DNA of 64,000 nucleotides from Escherichia coli (GTDB lineage Bacteria; Pseudomonadota; Gammaproteobacteria; Enterobacterales; Enterobacteriaceae): NCBI RefSeq assembly GCF_003334305.1, contig NZ_QOWS01000002.1; one strand, 5' to 3'. Shown piece by piece: positions 52,619 to 63,199 of this stretch (position 1 is its first letter; each line of letters starts with the position of its first letter). The notes under the pieces were generated by a model. It saw only the letters and a program-made list of their open reading frames with translations, ran no database searches and was not told where the DNA came from. The position numbers and the translations under genes were made by a program.

Positions 52619-53752
52619 TTAGAACTGATAAACCAGACCTAAAGCGACAATATCATCGGTAGAGATGCCATTGGCAGCGTAGAAACTGTCATCTTCATCC
52701 AACAGGTTGATTTTATAGTCAACATAAGTGGACATGTTTTTATTGAAATAGTAAGTCGCGCCAACATCGGCGTATTTAACCAGATCTTTATCATCAACAC
52801 CTGCCGGGTTGTCTGCACCACCGGCAGCGTGCAGGTCACGGCCTTTAGACATCAGGAAAGAGACTGCCGGACGCAGACCAAAATCAAACTGGTACTGTGC
52901 AGTGACTTCAAAGTTCTGGGTTTTGTTTGCAACAGCATAATCGCTGTCGCCAAACGGGGTCATATTACGCGTTTCTGAATACATGGTTGCCAGGTAAATA
53001 TTGTTAGCATCGTATTTTAGCCCAGCAGTCCACGCGTCTGCTTTATCACCACCCGCCGCAGTATGGTTAACCTGATCATTGGTGCGGTCAGAAGAGGTGT
53101 ATGCCGCACCAGCGCTAAAGCCCATGCCTAAATCATATGTTGTGGAAAGACCCCAGCCGTCACCGTTTTCATGGCGAACATCACGTCCGTTGTTGGTGCC
53201 TTCCTGACCATTACTGGCACCTTCGTTGTTACCTTGATACTGCACCGCGAAGTTCAGACCATTTACCAGACCGAAGAAATCAGTATTACGATAAGTCGCG
53301 ACGCCATTGGCTCGACCAGTCATAAAGTTGTCTGCATTGGTATAAGAGTCACCGCCAAATTCAGGCAGCATATCGGTCCAGCCTTCGATGTCGTACATTA
53401 CGCCATAATTACGTCCGTAATCGAAAGAACCGTAATCTGCAAATTTCAGCCCGGCAAATGCCAGACGGGTCCATGACTGGTTTTTTGAAGATTCAGTGTT
53501 GTTTGCCTGAATATTGTATTCCCATTGACCGTAGCCAGTGAGTTGATCGTTAATTTGGGTTTCGCCTTTAAAACCCAGACGCGCATAGCTCTGATCGCCA
53601 TCTTTCGCTGAATTATCAGAAAAATAATGCAGGCCATCAACTTTGCCATACAGATCTAATTTGTTGCCGTCTTTATTATAAACTTCGGCTGCATGTGCAG
53701 CACCTGCGGCGAGCAGGGCAGGAATTAAAAGTGCCAGTACTTTGCTTTTCAT
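52619..53752 (-). CDS. ompN: outer-membrane porin OmpN (OmpC/OmpF family)
   Basis: 377-aa ORF with signal peptide, classical porin sequence and C-terminal ...GLVYQF. Confidence 0.93.
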   Translation of the reverse strand: MKSKVLALLIPALLAAGAAHAAEVYNKDGNKLDLYGKVDGLHYFSDNSAKDGDQSYARLGFKGETQINDQLTGYGQWEYNIQANNTESSKNQSWTRLAFAGLKFADYGSFDYGRNYGVMYDIEGWTDMLPEFGGDSYTNADNFMTGRANGVATYRNTDFFGLVNGLNFAVQYQGNNEGASNGQEGTNNGRDVRHENGDGWGLSTTYDLGMGFSAGAAYTSSDRTNDQVNHTAAGGDKADAWTAGLKYDANNIYLATMYSETRNMTPFGDSDYAVANKTQNFEVTAQYQFDFGLRPAVSFLMSKGRDLHAAGGADNPAGVDDKDLVKYADVGATYYFNKNMSTYVDYKINLLDEDDSFYAANGISTDDIVALGLVYQF

Positions 53753-53979
53753 TGAATAAATCCTTTAGTTATTTTATTTGCCTTTTATCCCCATTCCGGG
53801 GAGTGAAAACATCCTAAAGGAGAAGTTCAGTTAGCCGATAAATATCATTTGTTACGCCTTAAGTAAAACCTTAATCAAATAATTCCTCTGAAATGATAAT
53901 AAGTCTGGTGAATGTATCGAAGATAATACATACAAAATAAAAATTATACTTTTAATTTTCTATACGTTATTCTGCGCGG

Positions 53980-54089
53980 GTTATATGCCTTTATTGTCAC
54001 AGATTTTATTTTCTGTTGGGCCATTGCATTGCCACTGATTTTCCAACATATAAAAAGACAAGCCCGAACAGTCGTCCGGGCTTTTTTTT
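53980..54089 (+). ncRNA. micC: Hfq-binding small RNA MicC
   Basis: GUUAUAUGCCUUUAUUGUCACAGAUUUUAUUUUCUGUUGGGCCAUUGCAUUGCCACUGAUUUUCCAACAUAUAAAAAGACAAGCCCGAACAGUCGUCCGGGCUUUUUUUUU matches MicC as I remember it; sits in the ompN/ydbK spacer with its own terminator. Confidence 0.85.
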
Positions 54090-54118
54090 TAGAATTGGAT
54101 AATCCTTATCCAGAGCAT

Positions 54119-57100
54119 TTAATCGGTGTTGCTTTTTTCCGCTTTTCCGGCCATTTGTGCCAGGAAGTCATAGCGTTTTTGCAAATCAGCTGCAGCATCT
54201 TTCCATAACTGTTCTGCCACTTCTGGCTGCTGCGAATTCAGCCGACGGAAACGTTGCTCGTGAAGTAACGTTTCTTCCAGTGCTACTGACGGCGGGCGTG
54301 AATCCAGCGCCAGCGGCAGTTTGCCTTCATCGGCACGACGCGGATCGAAGCGATATAGCGGCCAGAAGCCGGTAGCTGTGAGTTGGCGCATCTGGTCGTG
54401 GCTGAGTGCCAGATCGTAACCATGCTCTTCACATGGGCTATAAGCGATGATCAGCGATGGCCCCGGATACGCTTCCGCTTCCTGAATCGCTTTCACCGTC
54501 TGGTTGAGCTGCGCGCCGAGAGAAATCTGCGCCACATAAACATGACCGTACATCATCATACTGACGCCAAGATCTTTACGCGCTTTACGTTTGCCGTGCT
54601 CGCCAAATTTAGTTACTGCACCCAGCGGTGTCGCTTTCGACGCCTGACCACCGGTGTTGGAATAGCATTGCGTATCCAGCACCAGAATGTTGACGTTTTC
54701 CGTCAAACTCAATACATGATCCAGACCGCCAAAGCCGATATCGTAAGCCCAGCCGTCGCCACCAATCAGCCAGATTGATTTTTCCACCAGTGCATCTGCG
54801 TCACGCAGCAGTTCATGTGCTTCGGCAACATCGTTGAGTTGCTGGCGTAAAGCTGCGACCTGTTCTCGACGAACCTCTGGCGTAGCGTCTGATTTCAACG
54901 CTGTCAGTAATTCCGCCGGGATTTTATCGGCAAATTGATCCAGCAGACGCAGCACGCGGACACGGTGTTGATCGACCGTCAGGCGGAAACCAAGGCCAAA
55001 TTCGGCATTATCTTCAAACAGAGAGTTCGCCCATGCCGGCCCACGACCGTTGGCATCGGTGGTATACGGTGTAGAGGGCAGGTTACCGCCATAAATTGAA
55101 GAACAGCCGGTGGCGTTAGCGATCAACATCCGGTCGCCATAGAGCTGAGTCAGCAATTTAATATACGGCGTCTCGCCACAACCGGAGCAAGCACCTGAAT
55201 ATTCAAACAGCGGTGTAATCAGCTGCGATGTACGAATATCAATACGTTCCAGTTTGCTACGGTCGATTTCTGGCAGGTTGAGGAAGAAATCGTAATTGAT
55301 TTTCTCTTCTTCGACATGTTCCAGGCGCGACATCATATTGATGGCTTTAATCTCTGGATTCTGACGGTCTTTCGCCGGGCAAACTTCGACGCACAGGTTA
55401 CAACCGGTGCAATCTTCCGGAGCCACCTGCAAGACATATTTCTGCCCGCGCATATCACGCGATTTCACATCCAGCGAATGCAGGCTGGCAGGGGCGTTTT
55501 CCATCGCTTCAGGCGGCACCACTTTTGCGCGAATAGCTGAGTGTGGGCAAGCGGCAACGCAGTGGTTACATTGGGTACAGAGTTCCTCTTTCCAGATGGG
55601 GATCTCTTCGGCGATATTGCGTTTTTCCCAGCGAGTGGTGCCCATCGGCCAGGTGCCGTCTGGCGGCAGCGCCGAAACGGGGAGGGCATCACCAAGCCCT
55701 GCGAGCATCGCTGCGGTTACGGTTTTCACGAAATCAGGGGCGGCATCGGAAACCACTGGCGGTCGATTGGCGCTGTGCGGATTTACCGGTTGCAACGGAA
55801 CTTCTTCTACGGATTCACGCGCCAGCGCCAGAGCCTGCCAGTTGCGTTCCACCAGATCCTGGCCTTTGCTACTGTAACTTTTGGCAATCGCACCCTGCAA
55901 TTCTGCGAGGGCGCTATCGCCAGGCAGAATTTGCGTCAGATGGAAAAAAGCCATCTGCATGACGGTATTAATACGGGCCGCCAGGCCACATTCGCGGGCG
56001 ATTTTCGCCGCGTTAATCACATAGAAGCGCGCTTTTTTCTGATTTAGCACGGCCTGAACTTCCTGCGGCAAGCGCGACCACACTTCATCTGCGCTGTACG
56101 GCGTGTTGAGCAGGAAAATGCCGCCAGGTTTTAAACGCTCAGCCATCTGATATTTATCGATAAACTGCAACTGGTGGCAGCCAACAAAATCAGCCTGGGA
56201 AATGAGATAAGCGGAACGAATCGGCTGTTCGCTCACGCGAAGGTGAGAAACCGTCAGGCCGCCCGCCTTTTTGGAGTCGTAAACAAAATAGCCCTGTGCG
56301 TACCACGGCGTGGAATTACCGATAATCTTGATATTGTTTTTGGTCGCGGAAACGCTGCCATCACTACCAAGGCCATAAAACAAGGCTTCCAGTTTCGCCG
56401 AGTTTGGCAGGGTGTTTTCCGGCAACGGCAGTGACAGATTGGTCACATCATCGTAAATACCAACCGTAAAGCGCGCTTTCGGTTTAGCCGCGTTGAGCTC
56501 GGCAAATACCGCCAGTACACAGTCCGGGCCAAATTCTTTGGATGAAAGACCATAGCGCCCACCAATGACACGGGGCAGAGTTTCGCGCTCGCCATTATTA
56601 AAGGCTTCTGCCAGTGCGGTCATTACATCCAGATAGAGCGGTTCTGCCTGGGCACCGGGTTCTTTGGTTCTGTCCAGTACCGCCACGCTGCGTACGGATC
56701 CCGGCAGAGCTTGCAGCAAGTGTTTGGCGGAGAAGGGACGGTACAGGCGAACTTTCAGCACGCCAACTTTTTCGCCACGGGTTAGCAATTCATCAACCAC
56801 TTCTTCACAGGTGCCAATGGCAGAGCCCATCAGGATAATCACCCGTTCCGCTTGCGGATGCCCGTAATATTCAAACGGCTGATACTGACGACCTGTCGCG
56901 GCAGAGAAATCATTCATCGCCTGTTCAACATGGTCATAGACCGCGTCGTACCATGGGTTGGTGGCTTCGCGAGACTGGAAATAAGTGTCAGGATTGGCGG
57001 ACGTACCGCGGATCACCGGATGTTCCGGGTTGAGCGCCCGGGCGCGATGAGCATCAATTTCGGCCTGCGGCATGAGATCAAGAATAGTGTCATCGGCCAG

Positions 57101-57643
57101 CGGGACAATTTTATTGATTTCGTGGGACGTGCGGAAACCATCAAAGAAATGAATAAATGGCACGCGGCTCTTCAGCGTTGCGATGTGCGAAATGAGAGCA
57201 AAATCTTGCGCTTCCTGGACGTTAGCCGCACACAACATCGCGCAACCCGTCTGGCGCACCGCCATAACGTCGGAATGATCGCCAAAAATAGAAAGTGCAT
57301 GTGTGGCAACGGTACGTGCCGCTACATGCAGGACAAATGGCGTCAGTTCGCCTGCCAGTTTGTACAGCGTCGGGATCATCAGCAGCAAACCCTGCGATGA
57401 CGTAAACGATGTTGAAAGGGCACCCGTCTGCAAAGCGCCATGCACGGTAGCGATAGCACCCGCTTCCGACTGCATTTCAACTACGCGTGGTGTGTCTCCC
57501 CAAACGTTCTTTAAGCCGTTTCCGGCCCAGGCATCAGCCTGTTCTGCCATCGTGGAACTGGGGGTAATAGGGTAGATGGCGATAACTTCACTGGTGCGAA
57601 ATGCGACCGAAGCAACCGCGCCATTACCGTCAATAGTAATCAT
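54119..57643 (-). CDS. ydbK: pyruvate:flavodoxin/ferredoxin oxidoreductase
   Basis: 1174-aa ORF with thiamine-pyrophosphate and 4Fe-4S ferredoxin-type Cys motifs (CTQCNHCVAACP, CTGCNLCVEVCP). Confidence 0.95.
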   Translation of the reverse strand: MITIDGNGAVASVAFRTSEVIAIYPITPSSTMAEQADAWAGNGLKNVWGDTPRVVEMQSEAGAIATVHGALQTGALSTSFTSSQGLLLMIPTLYKLAGELTPFVLHVAARTVATHALSIFGDHSDVMAVRQTGCAMLCAANVQEAQDFALISHIATLKSRVPFIHFFDGFRTSHEINKIVPLADDTILDLMPQAEIDAHRARALNPEHPVIRGTSANPDTYFQSREATNPWYDAVYDHVEQAMNDFSAATGRQYQPFEYYGHPQAERVIILMGSAIGTCEEVVDELLTRGEKVGVLKVRLYRPFSAKHLLQALPGSVRSVAVLDRTKEPGAQAEPLYLDVMTALAEAFNNGERETLPRVIGGRYGLSSKEFGPDCVLAVFAELNAAKPKARFTVGIYDDVTNLSLPLPENTLPNSAKLEALFYGLGSDGSVSATKNNIKIIGNSTPWYAQGYFVYDSKKAGGLTVSHLRVSEQPIRSAYLISQADFVGCHQLQFIDKYQMAERLKPGGIFLLNTPYSADEVWSRLPQEVQAVLNQKKARFYVINAAKIARECGLAARINTVMQMAFFHLTQILPGDSALAELQGAIAKSYSSKGQDLVERNWQALALARESVEEVPLQPVNPHSANRPPVVSDAAPDFVKTVTAAMLAGLGDALPVSALPPDGTWPMGTTRWEKRNIAEEIPIWKEELCTQCNHCVAACPHSAIRAKVVPPEAMENAPASLHSLDVKSRDMRGQKYVLQVAPEDCTGCNLCVEVCPAKDRQNPEIKAINMMSRLEHVEEEKINYDFFLNLPEIDRSKLERIDIRTSQLITPLFEYSGACSGCGETPYIKLLTQLYGDRMLIANATGCSSIYGGNLPSTPYTTDANGRGPAWANSLFEDNAEFGLGFRLTVDQHRVRVLRLLDQFADKIPAELLTALKSDATPEVRREQVAALRQQLNDVAEAHELLRDADALVEKSIWLIGGDGWAYDIGFGGLDHVLSLTENVNILVLDTQCYSNTGGQASKATPLGAVTKFGEHGKRKARKDLGVSMMMYGHVYVAQISLGAQLNQTVKAIQEAEAYPGPSLIIAYSPCEEHGYDLALSHDQMRQLTATGFWPLYRFDPRRADEGKLPLALDSRPPSVALEETLLHEQRFRRLNSQQPEVAEQLWKDAAADLQKRYDFLAQMAGKAEKSNTD

Positions 57644-57916
57644 ATGACACCCTTACATTGCGCAAATGAGGGGCGCACGAAATTGCTGCGCGCCCAGTAG
57701 TAATCTTTCAATTTTAGCAAATGGCTTTCTTCTGCATTTTCGCTTTTGTGTCCCCCACATCAGCGTAATGAATGTTTTGATCAAACAGAGGGCAAAAAAA
57801 TAGCCATAAAAAAGTAAAAATGCGGGGCAACGCGCAGGACAGCTCTCGACGCCGCCCTCTGTGCTGCCTATTATTTATGGCGGTGTCGTTTGGCTTGAAG
57901 ATCAGAGGAAGAAAAG

Positions 57917-58183
57917 ATGCGAGCAGCGTTTTGGGTAGGGTGTGCCGCTTTATTGTTGTCGGCGTGTAGTAGTGAGCCTGTTCAGCAGGCGACTGCGGCG
58001 CACGTAGCGCCAGGTTTAAAAGCGTCGATGTCCAGTAGTGGAGAAGCAAATTGTGCAATGATCGGCGGTTCGCTTTCTGTTGCCCGTCAACTGGATGGTA
58101 CGGCGATTGGGATGTGTGCATTACCCAACGGCAAACGCTGTAGTGAACAGTCACTTGCCGCCGGGAGCTGTGGCAGCTATTAA
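57917..58183 (+). CDS. ydbJ: small lipoprotein (DUF333)
   Basis: 88-aa ORF with lipobox LLLSAC. Confidence 0.85.
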   Translation: MRAAFWVGCAALLLSACSSEPVQQATAAHVAPGLKASMSSSGEANCAMIGGSLSVARQLDGTAIGMCALPNGKRCSEQSLAAGSCGSY

Positions 58184-58602
58184 TTCATTAAATCCGCCAG
58201 CTTATAAGTTAATGTCTGTTTCGCGGTCGCCAGCGTTAACTGGTTCGCGGTCAGATCCACTTGTGCACCTTCTTTCAGCATTTCGCTAATGGTGTTATCG
58301 AGTTCATTAAGCTGCGGGTTAGCGCACATCATACGGGTCATTGCCAGCCCTTTGGCTGTCAGTTCACCATTAGACAGTTTGCCTTCACCGCTAAAGCGGT
58401 TACACATGCTGCCGGAAATCATCATTTTTTCACCAAAGCTGATTTCTGGCGGATTTTTATCGCTGGTCACGGGCTTACCGTTTACGCTTTCCAGCACAAA
58501 GCGATGATGCTGTAACTGTTCTGGCGTTACAGCAATTTTGTCACTACTTACACATCCCGCCATCAGCAGGCTTAGCGCAACAAGCGCGGCTACTTTCTTC
58601 AT
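58180..58602 (-). CDS. hslJ: heat-inducible lipoprotein HslJ
   Basis: Track ORF 58180..58614 trimmed to the ATG at 58600-58602 (MKKVAALVALSLLMAGC...) giving 140 aa; overlaps ydbJ convergently by 4 nt. Confidence 0.9.
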   Translation of the reverse strand: MKKVAALVALSLLMAGCVSSDKIAVTPEQLQHHRFVLESVNGKPVTSDKNPPEISFGEKMMISGSMCNRFSGEGKLSNGELTAKGLAMTRMMCANPQLNELDNTISEMLKEGAQVDLTANQLTLATAKQTLTYKLADLMN

Positions 58603-58712
58603 TGTGGTTCTCAATTACAGTTTCTGACTCAGGGCTATTTTAAGAATAGAGGATGAAAGGTCTTTGGGGATTATCTGAATAAGCTCCCCTGGAATGCAGG
58701 GGAGCGGCAAGA

Positions 58713-59702
58713 TTAAACCAGTTCGTTCGGGCAGGTTTCGCCTTTTTCCAGATTGCTTAAGTTTTGCAGCGTAGTCTGAGAAATACTGGTCAGAGCTTCT
58801 GCTGTCAGGAATGCCTGATGCCCGGTAAACAGCACGTTGTGGCAGGCAGACAGGCGACGGAATACGTCATCCTGAATTACGTCGTTGGATTTATCTTCAA
58901 AGAACAGATCGCGTTCGTTCTCATATACGTCCATACCCAACGAACCAATTTTCTGATTTTTCAGCGCTTCAATTGCCGCCTGAGAATCAATCAATGCACC
59001 GCGACTGGTATTGACGATCATCACGCCATTTTTCATCTGATCGAAGGCGGCTTCGTTCAACAGATGGTAGTTTTCCGGTGTCAGCGGGCAGTGCAGAGAG
59101 ATAACGTCTGATTCAGAGAACAGGGTTGGCAGATCGACATACTCCACACCGAGTTCCAGCGCCGCCGCACTTGGATACGGATCGAACGCCAGCAGACGCA
59201 TACCAAAACCTTTCAGAATGCGCAGCATCGCCACACCGATTTTACCGGTACCGATAACGCCTGCCGTTTTGCCATACATAGTAAAGCCGGTCAGACCTTC
59301 CAGAGAGAAGTTAGCGTCACGGGTACGCTGATACGCGCGGTGAATACGGCGGTTCAGCGTCATCATCATACCGATGGCGTGTTCAGCAACGGCCTCTGGA
59401 TCATAGGCTGGAACACGGACTACTTTCAGCCCCAGTTCTTTTGCCGCGTCAAGGTCGACGTTATTGAAACCGGCACAGCGCAGGGCGATATATTTAACGC
59501 CGTGCTTTTTCAGCTCTTCCAGCACCGGGCGGCTGCCGTCATCGTTTACGAAAATACATACCGCTTCGCAGCCATTGGCAGTTTTAGCGGTTTTTTCCGT
59601 CAGCAGAAAGTCAAAAAATTCCAGCTCAAAGCCAAAGGACTCGTTCACCTGTTGCAGGTACTTCTTGTCGTACTGTTTTGTGCTATAAACGGCGAGTTTC
59701 AT
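58713..59702 (-). CDS. ldhA: fermentative D-lactate dehydrogenase (NAD-dependent)
   Basis: 329-aa ORF starting MKLAVYSTKQYDKKYLQQVNE with the D-isomer 2-hydroxyacid dehydrogenase NAD-binding motif GVIGTGKIG. Confidence 0.96.
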   Translation of the reverse strand: MKLAVYSTKQYDKKYLQQVNESFGFELEFFDFLLTEKTAKTANGCEAVCIFVNDDGSRPVLEELKKHGVKYIALRCAGFNNVDLDAAKELGLKVVRVPAYDPEAVAEHAIGMMMTLNRRIHRAYQRTRDANFSLEGLTGFTMYGKTAGVIGTGKIGVAMLRILKGFGMRLLAFDPYPSAAALELGVEYVDLPTLFSESDVISLHCPLTPENYHLLNEAAFDQMKNGVMIVNTSRGALIDSQAAIEALKNQKIGSLGMDVYENERDLFFEDKSNDVIQDDVFRRLSACHNVLFTGHQAFLTAEALTSISQTTLQNLSNLEKGETCPNELV

Positions 59703-59909
59703 AAGACTTTCTCCAGTGATGTTGAATCACATTTAAGCTACTAAAAATATTTTACAAAATTTCAAATATAATTGAAAGCTATGGCGATATTGAAAAATTC
59801 ATCAACAACTATGCTTAGTGTAGGCGCAACCTTCAACTGAACGGTTAAACATGCCACAATACCCGTATTGAATGCTTAATTTTTCGCTAAATCAGGATAT
59901 TAACTACCC

Positions 59910-62549
59910 ATGCTGGGTAAATATAAAGCCGTTCTCGCGCTGTTATTACTGATTATTCTTGTGCCGTTGACGCTGCTGATGACGCTCGGGCTGTGGGTTC
60001 CCACGCTGGCGGGCATCTGGCTACCGCTCGGGACACGTATTGCATTAGATGAAAGCCCACGCATTACGCGTAAAGGTTTAATCATTCCCGATCTCCGTTA
60101 TCTGGTGGGAGATTGTCAGCTTGCGCATATCACCAACGCCAGCCTTTCACATCCCAGCCGCTGGTTATTGAACGTCGGCATGGTAGAACTTGATTCTGCT
60201 TGTCTGGCGAAATTGCCGCAGACGGAGCAATCGCCAGCTGCTCCAAAAACCCTCGCGCAGTGGCAGTCCATGCTGCCTAACACCTGGATCAATATCGATA
60301 AACTGATTTTTTCTCCCTGGCAGGAATGGCAGGGAAAACTCTCTCTCGCATTAACCTCTGATATCCAGCAACTGCGTTATCAGGGCGAAAAAGTTAAATT
60401 TCAAGGCCAGCTGAAAGGGCAACAACTTACAGTCAGCGAACTGGATGTCGTCGCGTTTGAAAATCAGCCGCCGGTTAAACTGGTGGGGGAATTTACTATG
60501 CCGCTCGTGCCGGATGGACTTCCTGTAAGTGGGCATGCTACTGCGACGTTAAACTTGCCGCAGGAACCGTCACTGGTGGATGCAGAGCTGGACTGGCAGG
60601 AAAATAGCGGGCAATTGATTGTGCTGGCACGGGATAACGGCGATCCGTTGCTCGATTTGCCGTGGCAAATTACTCGTCAACAATTGACCGTAAGCGATGG
60701 TCGCTGGAGCTGGCCGTATGCAGGTTTTCCTTTGAGTGGCCGACTGGGTGTCAAAGTCGACAACTGGCAGGCAGGGCTCGAGAACGCTCTGGTCAGCGGG
60801 CGACTGAGTGTGCTGACCCAGGGGCAAGCGGGTAAAGGCAACGCGGTGCTTAATTTTGGTCCAGGAAAATTAAGCATGGAAAAAAGTCAGATGCCACTGC
60901 AACTGACCGGTGAAGCGAAACAGGCGGACCTCATTTTATATGCCCGCTTACCCGCGCAGCTAAGTGGAAGTCTGACTGACCCAACGCTGGCCTTTGAGCC
61001 CGGCGCGTTATTACGTTCGAAGGGAAGAGTCATCGATTCGCTGGACATCGATGAAATCCGCTGGCCTTTAGCGGGTGTAAAAGTCACCCAACGTGGTGTT
61101 GACGGACGTTTGCAGGCCATTTTGCAGGCGCATGAAAATGAACTGGGCGATTTCGTGCTGCATATGGATGGGCTGGCGAATGATTTTCTCCCTGACGCTG
61201 GCCGCTGGCAGTGGCGCTACTGGGGAAAAGGCAGTTTTACACCGATGAATGCCACCTGGGATGTTGCAGGAAAAGGTGAGTGGCATGACAGCACGATTAC
61301 GCTGACCGATCTCTCCACCGGTTTCGACCAGTTACAATACGGTACGATGACGGTAGAAAAGCCGCGATTAATTCTCGACAAGCCCGTCGTCTGGGTACGT
61401 GACGCACAGCATCCCTCCTTCAGCGGCGCGCTGTCACTGGACGCCGGGCAAACGCTGTTCACTGGCGGCAGTGTGTTACCGCCATCAACCTTAAAATTTA
61501 GCGTCGATGGGCGCGATCCGACGTATTTCCTCTTTAAAGGCGATTTACATGCTGGTGAGATTGGCCCGGTTCGGGTAAATGGTCGCTGGGACGGTATTCG
61601 TCTGCGCGGTAACGCCTGGTGGCCAAAACAATCACTGACTGTATTCCAGCCGCTGGTGCCACCCGACTGGAAGATGAACTTACGCGATGGTGAACTGTAT
61701 GCTCAGGTTGCATTTTCTGCTGCGCCTGAACAAGGATTCCGCGCGGGAGGACACGGCGTGTTGAAAGGCGGTAGTGCCTGGATGCCAGATAATCAGGTTA
61801 ACGGTGTCGATTTTGTCCTGCCTTTCCGTTTTGCCGATGGAGCCTGGCATCTGGGGACTCGCGGCCCCGTTACGTTGCGAATTGCCGAAGTGATTAATCT
61901 GGTGACAGCGAAAAATATTACGGCTGATTTGCAAGGGCGTTATCCGTGGACTGAAGAAGAACCCTTGCTGTTGACTGATGTTAGCGTCGATGTGTTAGGC
62001 GGTAACGTACTGATGAAACAATTACGTATGCCGCAACATGACCCGGCGCTGTTGCGGCTGAATAATCTCTCATCCAGCGAACTGGTTAGCGCCGTCAATC
62101 CGAAACAATTCGCCATGTCCGGGGCATTTAGTGGTGCATTGCCGTTATGGCTAAACAACGAAAAATGGATAGTGAAAGATGGTTGGCTGGCAAATAGCGG
62201 GCCAATGACCTTGCGGCTGGATAAAGACACCGCAGATGCGGTGGTGAAAGACAATATGACTGCGGGTTCAGCAATTAACTGGTTGCGCTATATGGAAATT
62301 AGCCGGTCATCGACAAAAATTAACTTAGATAATCTCGGTTTATTAACCATGCAGGCCAACATTACAGGTACCAGTCGCGTTGATGGTAAAAGCGGTACGG
62401 TAAACCTTAATTACTATCATGAAGAGAATATTTTTACGCTGTGGCGCAGTTTACGCTTTGGCGATAATCTCCAGGCATGGTTGGAGCAGAACGCACGTCT
62501 GCCGGGAAATGACTGTCCGCAAGGAAAAGAGTGTGAGGAAAAACAATGA
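59910..62549 (+). CDS. ydbH: AsmA-like large envelope protein
   Basis: 879-aa ORF with N-terminal membrane anchor; first gene of the ydbH-ynbE-ydbL unit. Confidence 0.9.
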   Translation: MLGKYKAVLALLLLIILVPLTLLMTLGLWVPTLAGIWLPLGTRIALDESPRITRKGLIIPDLRYLVGDCQLAHITNASLSHPSRWLLNVGMVELDSACLAKLPQTEQSPAAPKTLAQWQSMLPNTWINIDKLIFSPWQEWQGKLSLALTSDIQQLRYQGEKVKFQGQLKGQQLTVSELDVVAFENQPPVKLVGEFTMPLVPDGLPVSGHATATLNLPQEPSLVDAELDWQENSGQLIVLARDNGDPLLDLPWQITRQQLTVSDGRWSWPYAGFPLSGRLGVKVDNWQAGLENALVSGRLSVLTQGQAGKGNAVLNFGPGKLSMEKSQMPLQLTGEAKQADLILYARLPAQLSGSLTDPTLAFEPGALLRSKGRVIDSLDIDEIRWPLAGVKVTQRGVDGRLQAILQAHENELGDFVLHMDGLANDFLPDAGRWQWRYWGKGSFTPMNATWDVAGKGEWHDSTITLTDLSTGFDQLQYGTMTVEKPRLILDKPVVWVRDAQHPSFSGALSLDAGQTLFTGGSVLPPSTLKFSVDGRDPTYFLFKGDLHAGEIGPVRVNGRWDGIRLRGNAWWPKQSLTVFQPLVPPDWKMNLRDGELYAQVAFSAAPEQGFRAGGHGVLKGGSAWMPDNQVNGVDFVLPFRFADGAWHLGTRGPVTLRIAEVINLVTAKNITADLQGRYPWTEEEPLLLTDVSVDVLGGNVLMKQLRMPQHDPALLRLNNLSSSELVSAVNPKQFAMSGAFSGALPLWLNNEKWIVKDGWLANSGPMTLRLDKDTADAVVKDNMTAGSAINWLRYMEISRSSTKINLDNLGLLTMQANITGTSRVDGKSGTVNLNYYHEENIFTLWRSLRFGDNLQAWLEQNARLPGNDCPQGKECEEKQ

Positions 62550-62731
62550 AAATTTTACTGGCTGCGTTGACGTCATCTTTTATGCTGGCTGCCTGTACGC
62601 CGCGTATTGAAGTCGCTGCGCCCAAGGAACCGATCACTATCAATATGAACGTTAAAATTGAGCATGAGATCATCATCAAGGCAGACAAAGATGTCGAAGA
62701 GCTGCTTGAAACTCGTAGCGATCTTTTCTGA
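62546..62731 (+). CDS. ynbE: small lipoprotein YnbE
   Basis: 61-aa ORF with lipobox MLAAC; start overlaps the ydbH stop (ATGA). Confidence 0.85.
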   Translation: MKILLAALTSSFMLAACTPRIEVAAPKEPITINMNVKIEHEIIIKADKDVEELLETRSDLF

Positions 62732-62738
62732 GGCGATG

Positions 62739-63065
62739 ATGAAGAAAACATTACTTCTTTGTGCGTTTCTTGTTGGGCTGGTAAGCAGCAATGTAATGGC
62801 ATTGACTCTGGATGAAGCCAGAACTCAGGGGCGGGTAGGTGAAACATTTTATGGTTATCTGGTTGCGCTGAAAACGGATGCTGAAACAGAGAAATTAGTA
62901 ACCGACATTAATGCCGAACGTAAAGCGAGTTACCAACAACTGGCAAAGCAAAATAATGTGTCTGTAGATGATATCGCGAAACTCGCCGGGCAAAAGCTCG
63001 TAGCTCGGGCCAAACCGGGGGAATATGTACAAGGGATAAACGGTAAATGGGTGCGAAAATTTTAA
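62739..63065 (+). CDS. ydbL: periplasmic protein YdbL (DUF1318)
   Basis: Track ORF 62658..63065 trimmed to MKKTLLLCAFLVGLVSS... (108 aa); the adjacent ATG at 62736 is an equally possible start. Confidence 0.85.
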   Translation: MKKTLLLCAFLVGLVSSNVMALTLDEARTQGRVGETFYGYLVALKTDAETEKLVTDINAERKASYQQLAKQNNVSVDDIAKLAGQKLVARAKPGEYVQGINGKWVRKF

Positions 63066-63199
63066 TAGCAAAACCGCAATATCGGGATAACGCTACAGGA
63101 GAAAGCGATTGATCTATTTTCCTGAAACAAGGTGAATATTCAAAAACTCCTGTCAAATTGCCTTTCGCCCTGAAAAATGCATAGTCAAATATCTGTTTT

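Noticed and set aside
55316-56047. Several plus-strand ORFs of 74-168 aa inside ydbK (55316..55540, 55407..55877, 55541..56047, 55543..55962)
   Set aside because: They lie antisense to a well-supported 1174-aa gene, have no ribosome-binding sites and have low-complexity Arg/Ala/Gly-rich translations typical of the GC-rich reverse frame.
57714-58154. 146-aa reverse-strand ORF overlapping the ydbK/ydbJ spacer and ydbJ
   Set aside because: Overlaps the lipoprotein gene ydbJ on the opposite strand and spans the promoter region; no domain features; ydbJ has a lipobox and is the better call.
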